DNA of 64,000 nucleotides from an uncultured Candidatus Kuenenia sp. (GTDB lineage Bacteria; Planctomycetota; Planctomycetia; Pirellulales; UBA1268): NCBI GenBank assembly GCA_964498325.1, contig CAZCHF010000001.1, positions 127,225 to 191,224 of the forward strand, read 5' to 3'. Shown piece by piece: positions 8,858 to 18,786 of this stretch (position 1 is its first letter; each line of letters starts with the position of its first letter). The notes under the pieces were generated by a model. It saw only the letters and a program-made list of their open reading frames with translations, ran no database searches and was not told where the DNA came from. The position numbers and the translations under genes were made by a program.

Positions 8858-11185
8858 ATGCCACTGCGAAGCGCCTCGTGGACATCTCTTCATACAATCG
8901 TGGCGTTTGTCGGCCTGGCGGGAGCCTTGCCCGCCGAGGCGCAAGAGCCCCGCGAACCGGCTTCGCCACGGGCCCGCGTTTCGGACGTCGATCGCGAAGC
9001 CAAGCGGCTCTATGACCAGGCCGTCGAACTGCTCGACATGAAGCAGTTCGATCGCGGCCTCGGGATGCTCGAAACCGTCGCCCGCGATCATCAGGGCACG
9101 ATGCTCGCCCACATGGCCCACATGGCGATGGGCAAGCATCATCTCGGCCAGCGGGACTACCCCAAGGCGCTCAACCATTTTCTGCTGCTCGCGCGTCTGC
9201 TGGAACCCAAGCCCGGCGAAGAACAGTCGCCCCAGGAGAAAGAACTGCACCGCGAGGCCCTCTTCAGCGCGGGTCAAGCCAACTATGAAGCGGGCCAGTA
9301 TGCCGCCTGCTTTCCGCTTTTTCGCCGCGTGACCGAAGTGGCCGAAAAAACCCCGTGGGCCAACCAGGCCTACTACTACATCGGCATGAGCCACTACCAG
9401 CTCAAGAACTGGAACAAGGCCATCGACTCGCTCTCGCTTGTCGGCACCGAGGTCGAGGAGCCCACCGGTGACGGCGCTGATGCGATGGGCCGCGTCGAGA
9501 TCGGCGAGCGGTTCTACGCGAAGATCGAAGATGCCGACATTCCGATCATGCGGCGACTCGGCCAGCCGGTGCGGGCCCGCGTGCGGGTGCAAAGCGGCGA
9601 CGTCGAAGAGATCGAGGGCGCGCCGGTCCCCGGCAAAGACAATCAGGCACTCGCCTCGGCGCCGACAGCCCTCGGCCTGCCCAAGCCCGGGGATGGCATC
9701 ATTCAAATGGTCGGGGGTGATGTGCTCAGCGTCACCTATTTGGACGACAGCACCAAGGACGGGAGCAAGGGCATCGAACGGACCGGCAGCGTGAAGGCCG
9801 TCAGCACGGGCGTCGTGGGTTTTTATCTTGGCGACATGACCACGCCCGCGTCGGTGGCATATCCGGGTGAGCCGCAGGTGGTGATGCTCCGCGACGCCGA
9901 CCTCGATCGTTCGGCGGCTGCCGAGACCGTCGTGCTCACGGTGACGTCGCGGTACAAGGTGGAAGCCGCCGAGACGGACGACTCGGATGACCTGCTCGAC
10001 ATCTTCGCCAAGGAGGATGACAAGGACTCGTGGCGAGACCGCGACACGATCACGATCACGCTCGTGGAAACAGGTCAGGGCCCGGAGATTCGCAGCGGCA
10101 CGTTCGTCGGCAAGATTCAGCTTGCTGATGCCGACACCGGCACGTCCCCCTCGGCCGATGACGACGTGCTCCATGTGCGGGAGCTCGACGAGCTCGTCGT
10201 GAAGTACACCGACGCCGTTCACCTCCACGGCAACGAGCCTCGCGAGACCGAGGCCAAGGTGAAGGTTTCGGGCTCGGTGAACTCCGGTGTATCGGCCGAT
10301 CAGTACGTCGTCTTCGACGAGCTGCTCAAGTCGCGCAAAGGCGTGGTCGAGGCCGAGGCACTCGTGGGTCTCGGCGCCATCTACAAGGACATGGGCCTCG
10401 ACGAGCGGGCCAAGCAGCGGGCCAAGGAGGCCCTCGATCGCATCGACCCGATCATCGTCGCCCGTCAGAAACTCCCGGGCGACGTCGTCGAGACGGCATT
10501 TCGGCTCAAGTGGGAAAGCGAGCTTTTGAAGGACGATTTCGAGGCGGCCTCGGCGACCTGCCTTGCCTTCAATCGGCTCTATCCGGAGTCGGTGCTCGCC
10601 GATCAGGCCCTCATGGCCCTCGGGCGCAGCCTCACAGACCGTGGCGATTTCGCGAAGGCGGTCACGGTTTTCGGGAAGGTGCTCGAGCTCCAGAATCCGA
10701 TCTCGGCCGCCGAGGCCCAGTTTCGGATCGGTGAGGCGCTGCAGAAGGATGCCGAGCTGAAGGCCGAGGCGGCGGATCTCCATGGGAGCAAGTGGGGAAC
10801 AGGTGGACTCAGCAAGGCCACAGCGCTTCAGAACATGATGGGGCCGGCGATTACCGCGTATCGTCGGTGCTACGACCTCTTCCCGGAAAGCTCGTTTGCA
10901 GCCGAAGCGCTGGGCCGCGTCGTGCGCCACTACGTCGATACGGAGAACTTCGCGCAGGCCTCGGAGCTTCTTCAGAGTGTCTTCAAGGACTATCCCGACG
11001 CCGCCTTCCTCGACGAGATGCTTCTGCTGTGGGCCAATGTCGCCTTCCGCATGGGTGATACAGGGCTCGCCAAGGCAAAATTGCGGCAGCTCGTCTTCGA
11101 TTACCCATCAAGCCCGCACCTCGAAGAGGCGCAGCGCAAGCTCACGGGCCTCGAAGGACAGTCGACCGAAGGGGGCAGCCCATGA
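8858..11185 (+). CDS. Secreted TPR protein with two internal Ig-like (DxD...ETG..G.F) modules
   Basis: Signal-like N-terminus; N- and C-terminal TPR arrays (LYPESVLADQAL, DYPSSPHLEEA); central beta-rich modules shared with the next two genes. Confidence 0.85.
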   Translation: MPLRSASWTSLHTIVAFVGLAGALPAEAQEPREPASPRARVSDVDREAKRLYDQAVELLDMKQFDRGLGMLETVARDHQGTMLAHMAHMAMGKHHLGQRDYPKALNHFLLLARLLEPKPGEEQSPQEKELHREALFSAGQANYEAGQYAACFPLFRRVTEVAEKTPWANQAYYYIGMSHYQLKNWNKAIDSLSLVGTEVEEPTGDGADAMGRVEIGERFYAKIEDADIPIMRRLGQPVRARVRVQSGDVEEIEGAPVPGKDNQALASAPTALGLPKPGDGIIQMVGGDVLSVTYLDDSTKDGSKGIERTGSVKAVSTGVVGFYLGDMTTPASVAYPGEPQVVMLRDADLDRSAAAETVVLTVTSRYKVEAAETDDSDDLLDIFAKEDDKDSWRDRDTITITLVETGQGPEIRSGTFVGKIQLADADTGTSPSADDDVLHVRELDELVVKYTDAVHLHGNEPRETEAKVKVSGSVNSGVSADQYVVFDELLKSRKGVVEAEALVGLGAIYKDMGLDERAKQRAKEALDRIDPIIVARQKLPGDVVETAFRLKWESELLKDDFEAASATCLAFNRLYPESVLADQALMALGRSLTDRGDFAKAVTVFGKVLELQNPISAAEAQFRIGEALQKDAELKAEAADLHGSKWGTGGLSKATALQNMMGPAITAYRRCYDLFPESSFAAEALGRVVRHYVDTENFAQASELLQSVFKDYPDAAFLDEMLLLWANVAFRMGDTGLAKAKLRQLVFDYPSSPHLEEAQRKLTGLEGQSTEGGSP

Positions 11186-14100
11186 GCGGCGGTTTTCACG
11201 TGAAGCTCGCCGTCGCGACGGCTCTTGTCGCGGCACTGGCGGCGAGTATGTCTCCAGCCGCCGACCCTGCCGCGTTTGAGCAGCGGCGCGCGGCGATCAT
11301 GAAGACGATCGAGACGCAACCCGAGGCGGCTGTCGTGTCGCTCGTCGAAGAAGGAGTCGTCGCTGGGCAACCCCAGCAGGCTCTGGCCGCGGCCCAGCAG
11401 TGGCTGCGAGTCAATCTGCCGCAGAATCCCCTGCTGCTGTACCACGCCGGGCGTGCCGCGGAACGCTCCGGTGACTGGAGTTCCGCTGTCGCCCTCTATC
11501 AGCAGTTTCTCGAACTGGGAGATCCCAAGACAGCCGAGGCCGGCGACGCGATCACCGCGGTCTACACCCTCACCATCGGGAACCTCGACGACACGGCCGC
11601 CGCCTATGCGTTCGGCCGAAGCATGGCGCCGAAGCTCGCGGTCAATCCCCGCTTTCGCCAGTTCGATCGCTGGTTTCTCGATACGGCCATGAGCCGCGGC
11701 GATCGTGCCGCCGTGGCCGCGCGGCTCTTGACCATCGTCAAAGCCGGGGCGTCGCGCGAGGAGTTGCTGGCCCTTCACGAGGGCGACTTCCGTTGGCTCG
11801 TCCGGTCGCTGCGCGGTGCCCGGTACGACATCCCCGCTGACCGGGTGACGCCCGAGCTCGCGGCCGACTGCAAGGCGCTGGCGGCAGCGGCTCAGCTGGA
11901 CGACGAGATGCGGCTGCTGCTCGCTTGGACGCCCGCAGTGCGGCTCTACATCGCCGCCAAGATCGCCGGCCAAGAGGCGTCACCTCCGCTTGCGGAGGCC
12001 AAGGCACTGCTCGAGAAGTTCCCGCGGTATGCCCAGATGGTGCAGACCGATTTCGCCGGCGGGCACAACGGCCGTCACTCCCGCGACGATCCCAAGAAGT
12101 ATTGGCCGCACGAGGTCGAGGCCAAGATGGCGATCGTGCGCGCGGCGATGCCGAAGCTCACACCTCTCGAAAAGGCCAACCTTCTCGACACCTGGAGCGG
12201 TGCGTACTACGTCGGTGGTCCCCAGGTATTGGCCGGGCAGGCCGCCCGCGAATTCGTCTTGGCGAATCCCGAACTGGTCAACTCCATCACGGGCCCGTAT
12301 CTCTGGCTTGGGTGGGAATCGCTCGATTCTGAAGCCGCATCCAAGCTCGCGCCGCTCCTCGAACGCAACTCATTCCCGGAAGCGTCGTTCGTTCGCGCCG
12401 TTGCGGCCGTTGGCAAAGAGAAGAATCTCGACAAGGCGATGGACGCCCTTCTCGGCGCCGAAGTCTGGCGGCTTGGTCCACAGGAACTCGGCGGCTACGC
12501 CGCCGATCGACTCTGGCACTGGGCTGGCAAGCCCGGAGGCAACGCCGTCCGCGACCAGCACATCAAGCGGTCTCAGGCGATCGCCGCTGAGATTCAAAAA
12601 GCCGCTCTCAAGCCTGGTGCTCCCGCAGGAGAACGGGTCGCAACGGTCAAACAACTCCTCGCCGACTTCCGGTCCCCGAAGCCAAAGATCCCGGGCGTGC
12701 GCGGACGGATCATCCAGGCGCTCTCAGTGACACCGGAGGTGCTCCCCGAACTCCTCAAGGATGGCAGCATCGAGGCCCGGCAGTTCGTCGCGGCAGCCCT
12801 TGCGAGCGACTTCGACGGCGAAAAGGGACCGCTCAGCGGCAATCCGCATGTGCGCGGCCTGCCCACCACGACCTTTGACCCGCTTCTCTCCCGATTGCTG
12901 GCCCGCCACGGATACAACGTCAACCAACTCAAGCAAAATAACTTCTACCGAGCGCATCCGCTCGAGCCAGTCCTGCGCAAGGCGGTCGCTGACCAGGTCG
13001 CATCTTCGGCCGTCGATCCGGCCATCGTCATCGCTTGGATCAACGCCCGCGGACCGGCCGACACGATGCTGCCGGCCGACGTCGATGGCGAACGAAAGCT
13101 CGTCGAGGCGCTCCTCAAATCGCCCGCATGGAAATCGTTTCCGATCGAAGCCAGGTTTGCGGTGCGATCGGCGTTCCCGCAAATGGCACTCGCGCCGGCA
13201 GAGCTTGCCATTCGCAAGGCGGCTGATCCGTGGGCGATCTGCGCAGACTTCCTCGCGCTCCCGAAATCCGCCGATGCCGCGGCCACTGCCGCCGCACTCC
13301 GCACCGCCATTGAAGGCCTCCGTCGATCTCCGGTTCGCTGCGAGATGGCGGGCCTTGAAAAGCTTGCCGACTTCGCCCCGGACGTGATCAAGGCTCCGGA
13401 GGTGATCGCGGAGCTCGCCACGCTCGCCGACTCGCTGCGCTCCCTCGCGGCACCTCCGGTCATCGGCCAGCGACTCATGCCGATGCTCACGGCCACCCGT
13501 GACGAAGTCACGCTCGAGCGCATGGCGGCCTGGCTTTGGCGCTGTATCGCGAATGGCGCGCCGAATGCGGAGCCGCTGATCAGCCTGACCGATTCACTCG
13601 TATCCGAGAAACCTTCGGCAGCGAGCACGCTGGCCGTGTGCGGCCTCGGGGCGATCGCGCGGTACAAGCAGGGCCATCGGTGGTTTCGGCCCGAAGCCGA
13701 CGTTCCACGGTTGCAAGCGATCCGCGGCAAGGCCGCGATGAAACTTGGGCTCGTCGTGATTCCGGTGGGTCCCGACCATCCCGCCTACCCCGTCTATCAG
13801 TCGCAGGCCGAGTGGCTCACGGGCAACGAGGACACCGCAGGGGAACTGCTCGACTCCAACTGGGACGCGTTTCTCTCCACGCATCGCCAACTCTCGGCGC
13901 CCTATCTCATGTGGGCCCTCCGCCGGTCGATCAACTCCCGCGACGCCGAGCGCCAGGAGTCGATCATCAAGCCGCTCTTGAGTTGGGCCGCCGAGCCGGT
14001 CAATCCGTTCACGTCCGATGAGCGGGTACGTCTCGAAATCGCCTACGGCGACATCGCCGTGCAGCGGGGCCAGCTCCCCGAAGCCTTCACGATCTTCGGC

Positions 14101-17100
14101 CGCATCCGGGCAAACCCTGCCTTCAAGGATCTGGTGTCGCGGCATGAAGCCACGCTCCGCCAGGTGTCGGTGGCCCGCGCCACGAAGGATTTCGAGACCG
14201 CGATTGCCATCCTGGAGGAGCTCGACGGCGAGCGGATCCCCGAGCTTTGGGCGCCGGTCAGGCATGCTCGCGCCGAAGTGTTCTTCGACATGGAGGAATA
14301 TGACGACACGGCCAAGGTGGTCGAAGCCATCCTCGCCCGCTTGCCAGACGATGCCGACGCCAAAATTCTCCTGGCCAAGGTCCAGGTCGCCAGACAGCAA
14401 CTCATCGATGCAACCGAGGTCGAGGTCGGTTCGGCCACCGGTCAGAAGACGCTCGTGCCCGGTGAGCGGCTGAAGGTCACGCTCAGCGATCCGACGCTCG
14501 CCGTGTCGGGCACCGGCACCGAGATCGAGGTGACCGTGCAGGCCACCTCGGGAGACCGCGAGGACTTTTTGCTCCGGCGTTTCGGGGATCAAAAAGAAAA
14601 GTTCCGTGGTGAGGTGCAGACAGCGCTCGGCGCTCCGTCGCCCGGCGACGGGGTGCTCCAGGTCATCGGCGACGACGAGATCTTCTACGCCTACTCGGAT
14701 CGCTTCCGACAGAAGCTGCCAGGGCTCCCCGATACGCGCGGCGGCCCGATTACCGTGGCCTCCGACGCACTGCTCATGGCTTCCGCCCGAAAGCTCCCCA
14801 CCGAAGCCGAGCAGCGGATGGCCGACGTCCGGGCGGTCATGGACAAGATCGGCGTGTCGGAAGGAAGGGCGATTCGGATGCTGGCGGCGGGCGGGAAAGA
14901 CCCTGTCCTCAACGCCGACCGTGCGATCGACATCACGAAGGTCGTGAAGCCGGGCAATCCGATCCACGTGCGAGTGATCGACCCCGACAAGAGCCGCACT
15001 GACGGCATCGACGAAGCGATCGTGAGCGTGGCGACAAGCTCCGGAGATTCTGTCTCCAGGGTCGTCCTGCGGGAGACCGGGCCGTTCACCGGCTGGTTCG
15101 AAGGAGACGTTCCGACGGCGGGCGCCCAGGCTTCGGCCTTTGCGCCGCACTCGGCACCAGGACGCGACCCCAACGCGGTCATCAGCCCGGGCTCGTACCC
15201 TTCCTGGAAGCCGGTGCCCGTCAAGGGAGCGACGCCGAGTTTCACGATCGACTTGAATGACAATCTGCCGCTCGGCGAGATGACCATCAAGGCAACGGAG
15301 CAGGGCGCGCGGCTCACCAAATTCTTGGTCAAGACCGCGGTGACGACCGGCGACTGGACCACGGTCGCCGCGCAGCCGAAGGATCTTCTCGCGGTGGCTG
15401 ACCCGTCGCGGCCATCGGTGACCGTCCTCAACGACACCGACGCGCTCCATAACCAGGGTCATCCGCAGCATCGACGGAAGGTTCACGACCTCCGCGAAAT
15501 GGTGCCGCACACCGACGGTGGTTGGCTGACCCAACAGTTTGCCCAAGGCACGGCGATGAACGTGACCGGCCCGTCCGATGCGTTCCAGGCGTCCATTCCG
15601 AAGGCCGTCGACTGGCGGCGCGAGGGGCGTCATGCGGTGTCCCACGTGATCTACCGGTTCCGCGGCTGGTTCTACGAGCCGGTTCGGGTCCGCCGCCGCT
15701 TCAAGCTCGATCTCGGGGCCTTCAAGGTTCCGCCGGGAACCCATCCATCGATGAGCGATCCGGCCGAATATCTTCTGGCGGTCGACGGCCGAGCCATCAC
15801 GAAGCCGGGGGAGCCGCTCGAAGGCGAGGTCTCGCTTGCTCCGGGTATTCACCACTTTGAGATCTGGTCCACGGGCTGGGTGACGAGCATTGGCTTCGGC
15901 CGCACCGCGGGCTTGAAGGCGAACCTCGACCCGGAGAATCCAAACGCCCTCGTGGCTTGTCCGGATGCATTCTTCGATCCAACGACCTTTCCACCGGGCG
16001 TCATGCCACTTCGCAATCCTCCGGCGACGCTCACGGCCTCGGCCGATGGCACCGAGTTCCGCGTCAAGTTCGCCGAGGGCTCGCGGGCTCGCTTCATCCG
16101 CCTCGACCTTTCCGGTCACGAGGGGCCCGTGCCGTCGCTCGACAAGATCACGCTTGCCAGGCCCGATGGCGGGCGCATCCTGCCGGTCGCAGAAGACTTT
16201 GCGACGCTGCGCAAGAACAACACGCTCGAGATTCTTCCGGGCGACACGGTGGCCGTCCGCCATGTGGACGATCGATTCGTGACCAAGTCGAAGGAGTCGC
16301 AGGAGCGGTCGCTCGATGTGGCCTTCACCGATGCCCGCGTCGAGTTCGCCGACATGGAGCCGCGGCTCAATGGAAGAAGCGGTGAGATGGAGCCGTACTA
16401 TGAGCCGCTCATCCGTTTCCGTCATGACGAACCGCTCGCGCTCGCGATCCATGATGCCGACATGGACGTGTCGGTGGAGCCTGACACGGTGAGCGTGACG
16501 CTCGCGAGCAAGGCTGGCGGGAAGCGCGAGTTCAAAGCCGTCGAAACCGGCGATTCGACCGGAGTATTCAAAGTCGTGGTGACGCCGGTCGCAGGACAGG
16601 CCAAGGGGGAAAAGGAGTTCCAGGTCGATGCCGGCGGGAGGCTCGCGGCGCTTTACAAGGATCGTGAGAACAATTCTCCCGGCGTGCCGATCGAGCGCAC
16701 GGGCACGATCCTCCATGCAGCCTTCACAGAGCCGCGGATGCTGCTCGCCCATGCCCGCGTGACCCCTGTCGACGAGAAGCTCGCTGGCCCTGGCGGGGCC
16801 ACCACGCCGAACACGCCCAAGCGTGCCGATCGCCCGCGATGGAAGATCGCCAACACGTTGATCCCGAGCGCCACGCCGCCGGAGGGCGGTTTTGCCGCCG
16901 TCGCAGGGAGAAACTTCTTCGCCGAAATCATGGCGCCGAATCTGGTGCTTCGCCCGTCGTCCGAAGTCACGGTCTACGCCCAGACCGATTCCGGCAGGCG
17001 GCTTGCGAATGCCGGGGCGCCCCAGGAGCAGGCGGGGTTTGACACATCCGTGCCGGGCACGATCGCGATCACCTGCGGCATCTCGCCCCCCGGCATCGAC

Positions 17101-18786
17101 CCCAAGATCGAGCTGCTCGACATCTACACCGGTGGCGAAGTCTGGCCCCCGTACCCCGTCCAACGAAACGACCGATTCTTTTTCGCGGTGCCGCTCGTGG
17201 CCGGCGTGATCCCCGACCACGGCGTGCTCACGGTTGAAGAACAGAAGGAGCGGGCAGCAGAGGCGGCATCGATTCTCGATAGCTCGATCATGCCCGAGAT
17301 CAAAGGGGCGATCGTCGTGCGACCGGGCGATCGTGTTCACCTGGCGATGCAATACACCGATGCCGCCGGCAAGGAACAGTGGCTCACCGCCTCGACGGCC
17401 GTCATCACGCATCCGGCGTTCGATCTCGTCGCCGCCGATGGCCTCGAAACAACCACGGCCGCCTTCGTGGGCGAGTCGCTCTTGCCGCGGGTCATCGACT
17501 TCGGGGCCGATGTGACCGACGACACCGACACCGTCGGCGTGCTCTTCCAGGCCAAGTCGGGGGCGAAGACGCAGGTCGTGCTCCATGAGACTGCGCCCCA
17601 TTCGGGCGTCTTCCAGGCGGCTTGCACACTGACCTATGCCTCGGCGGAGGGCCGGCCTGCCCCCGTCGATGAGTTCGGAACGCCGACGGCCGTCGCGCAG
17701 CCGCTCCCCGTGGTCTACGGCGACGTGGTCGCTGCCCGGTACACCGACCGCGCAGGCACGAGCACCGAGACGACGTTTGTGTCGGTCAGCAAGGGGGCCG
17801 ACGGCACGATCGCTCCGTTCTCCAAGACATATGGTGACGCGGAGATCGCCGCGCGGACGCAGTTCAGCCTCGCCGAGGCCTACCTCGAAATGGCCAAACG
17901 GCATCGCAGCCTGGGCCAGATCGAGACGGCGGACCAGGAATACGCCGCCGCCAAGCAGATGCTCTCGAGCGTGATGAACGCGTTTCCCGACCCCGAGACT
18001 CGGGCCCATGCGGAGTTCCTCCTCGGCAATCTCACGCTCGAGGAGGCGAAGGCGGCGCCCGATGCCGCCGCGCGGGAAACGCTCCTGCGCTCAGCGCTGG
18101 CCAGGTTCATGAGCGTCACAGGCAGCTATCCCGACACGCTTCATGCCTCGAAGGCGCAGTTCGCGACGGCGATGGTGTACGAGGCCCTCGGCGAGCCCGA
18201 GATCGCCGCCCAGGACTACGTGAAACTCGCCTACAAGTATCCCGACTCGGAATATCTCGCGAAGGCGATGGCCCGGCTCGGCACGTTCTTCCTCATGCGG
18301 GCTGCGGCGATCGAGAAGAAGGCCGCGCCCTACCTCGAACGAGTCGAGACCGACCCCGAGGCCAAGTTCCAGAGTGAAAAGCTTCGCGAGGAGGCGATCG
18401 TCGAGTATCTGAAGACGGCCAAGATTTTCGGCCGGCTTCACGAGCGGTTTCCGAGCCACGAGTTGGCCGGGCCCGCGGGCCTGCAGTCGGGTGAGGCCTA
18501 CATGCGGGCGGGCCAGACGCAGCGGGCGCTCGACACGTTCCTCAAGGTATCGCGAGATCAGGCCTATGACGGACCGAAGATCCGGGCCCGCGCGATGTAC
18601 TGGGCCGGCACCTGCTACCAGAAGCTCCGCCAGCCCATGGCCGCGTTCTCGATTTACAAGCGACTCACCTACGACTTTCCGGAGAGCGACTGGGCGAAGA
18701 ATGCCATCGGGCAGCTCTCACAGCCGGGGCTTGCGGACTTGGAAAGCAAATTGGAGCTCGAGCGTCTCGAGGCGCAGCAGGAATGA
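11182..18786 (+). CDS. Giant (2534 aa) secreted TPR/alpha-solenoid protein with about five Ig-like modules and a nested discoidin/PA14-like insert
   Basis: ATGA overlap with the previous stop; signal peptide; uninterrupted ORF; TPRs (YKYPDSEYLAKA, YDFPESDWAKNA); ETGPFTGWF, ETGDSTGVF, ETAPHSGVF motifs. Confidence 0.9.
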   Translation: MSGGFHVKLAVATALVAALAASMSPAADPAAFEQRRAAIMKTIETQPEAAVVSLVEEGVVAGQPQQALAAAQQWLRVNLPQNPLLLYHAGRAAERSGDWSSAVALYQQFLELGDPKTAEAGDAITAVYTLTIGNLDDTAAAYAFGRSMAPKLAVNPRFRQFDRWFLDTAMSRGDRAAVAARLLTIVKAGASREELLALHEGDFRWLVRSLRGARYDIPADRVTPELAADCKALAAAAQLDDEMRLLLAWTPAVRLYIAAKIAGQEASPPLAEAKALLEKFPRYAQMVQTDFAGGHNGRHSRDDPKKYWPHEVEAKMAIVRAAMPKLTPLEKANLLDTWSGAYYVGGPQVLAGQAAREFVLANPELVNSITGPYLWLGWESLDSEAASKLAPLLERNSFPEASFVRAVAAVGKEKNLDKAMDALLGAEVWRLGPQELGGYAADRLWHWAGKPGGNAVRDQHIKRSQAIAAEIQKAALKPGAPAGERVATVKQLLADFRSPKPKIPGVRGRIIQALSVTPEVLPELLKDGSIEARQFVAAALASDFDGEKGPLSGNPHVRGLPTTTFDPLLSRLLARHGYNVNQLKQNNFYRAHPLEPVLRKAVADQVASSAVDPAIVIAWINARGPADTMLPADVDGERKLVEALLKSPAWKSFPIEARFAVRSAFPQMALAPAELAIRKAADPWAICADFLALPKSADAAATAAALRTAIEGLRRSPVRCEMAGLEKLADFAPDVIKAPEVIAELATLADSLRSLAAPPVIGQRLMPMLTATRDEVTLERMAAWLWRCIANGAPNAEPLISLTDSLVSEKPSAASTLAVCGLGAIARYKQGHRWFRPEADVPRLQAIRGKAAMKLGLVVIPVGPDHPAYPVYQSQAEWLTGNEDTAGELLDSNWDAFLSTHRQLSAPYLMWALRRSINSRDAERQESIIKPLLSWAAEPVNPFTSDERVRLEIAYGDIAVQRGQLPEAFTIFGRIRANPAFKDLVSRHEATLRQVSVARATKDFETAIAILEELDGERIPELWAPVRHARAEVFFDMEEYDDTAKVVEAILARLPDDADAKILLAKVQVARQQLIDATEVEVGSATGQKTLVPGERLKVTLSDPTLAVSGTGTEIEVTVQATSGDREDFLLRRFGDQKEKFRGEVQTALGAPSPGDGVLQVIGDDEIFYAYSDRFRQKLPGLPDTRGGPITVASDALLMASARKLPTEAEQRMADVRAVMDKIGVSEGRAIRMLAAGGKDPVLNADRAIDITKVVKPGNPIHVRVIDPDKSRTDGIDEAIVSVATSSGDSVSRVVLRETGPFTGWFEGDVPTAGAQASAFAPHSAPGRDPNAVISPGSYPSWKPVPVKGATPSFTIDLNDNLPLGEMTIKATEQGARLTKFLVKTAVTTGDWTTVAAQPKDLLAVADPSRPSVTVLNDTDALHNQGHPQHRRKVHDLREMVPHTDGGWLTQQFAQGTAMNVTGPSDAFQASIPKAVDWRREGRHAVSHVIYRFRGWFYEPVRVRRRFKLDLGAFKVPPGTHPSMSDPAEYLLAVDGRAITKPGEPLEGEVSLAPGIHHFEIWSTGWVTSIGFGRTAGLKANLDPENPNALVACPDAFFDPTTFPPGVMPLRNPPATLTASADGTEFRVKFAEGSRARFIRLDLSGHEGPVPSLDKITLARPDGGRILPVAEDFATLRKNNTLEILPGDTVAVRHVDDRFVTKSKESQERSLDVAFTDARVEFADMEPRLNGRSGEMEPYYEPLIRFRHDEPLALAIHDADMDVSVEPDTVSVTLASKAGGKREFKAVETGDSTGVFKVVVTPVAGQAKGEKEFQVDAGGRLAALYKDRENNSPGVPIERTGTILHAAFTEPRMLLAHARVTPVDEKLAGPGGATTPNTPKRADRPRWKIANTLIPSATPPEGGFAAVAGRNFFAEIMAPNLVLRPSSEVTVYAQTDSGRRLANAGAPQEQAGFDTSVPGTIAITCGISPPGIDPKIELLDIYTGGEVWPPYPVQRNDRFFFAVPLVAGVIPDHGVLTVEEQKERAAEAASILDSSIMPEIKGAIVVRPGDRVHLAMQYTDAAGKEQWLTASTAVITHPAFDLVAADGLETTTAAFVGESLLPRVIDFGADVTDDTDTVGVLFQAKSGAKTQVVLHETAPHSGVFQAACTLTYASAEGRPAPVDEFGTPTAVAQPLPVVYGDVVAARYTDRAGTSTETTFVSVSKGADGTIAPFSKTYGDAEIAARTQFSLAEAYLEMAKRHRSLGQIETADQEYAAAKQMLSSVMNAFPDPETRAHAEFLLGNLTLEEAKAAPDAAARETLLRSALARFMSVTGSYPDTLHASKAQFATAMVYEALGEPEIAAQDYVKLAYKYPDSEYLAKAMARLGTFFLMRAAAIEKKAAPYLERVETDPEAKFQSEKLREEAIVEYLKTAKIFGRLHERFPSHELAGPAGLQSGEAYMRAGQTQRALDTFLKVSRDQAYDGPKIRARAMYWAGTCYQKLRQPMAAFSIYKRLTYDFPESDWAKNAIGQLSQPGLADLESKLELERLEAQQE

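Noticed and set aside
13594-18009. 1471-aa antisense ORF inside the giant gene (also 8798-10930, 24429-25847, 30604-32562 and similar)
   Set aside because: Its codons are in register with the sense gene; antisense stops need sense TTA/CTA/TCA codons, which are rare in GC-rich genes. No recognisable motifs.
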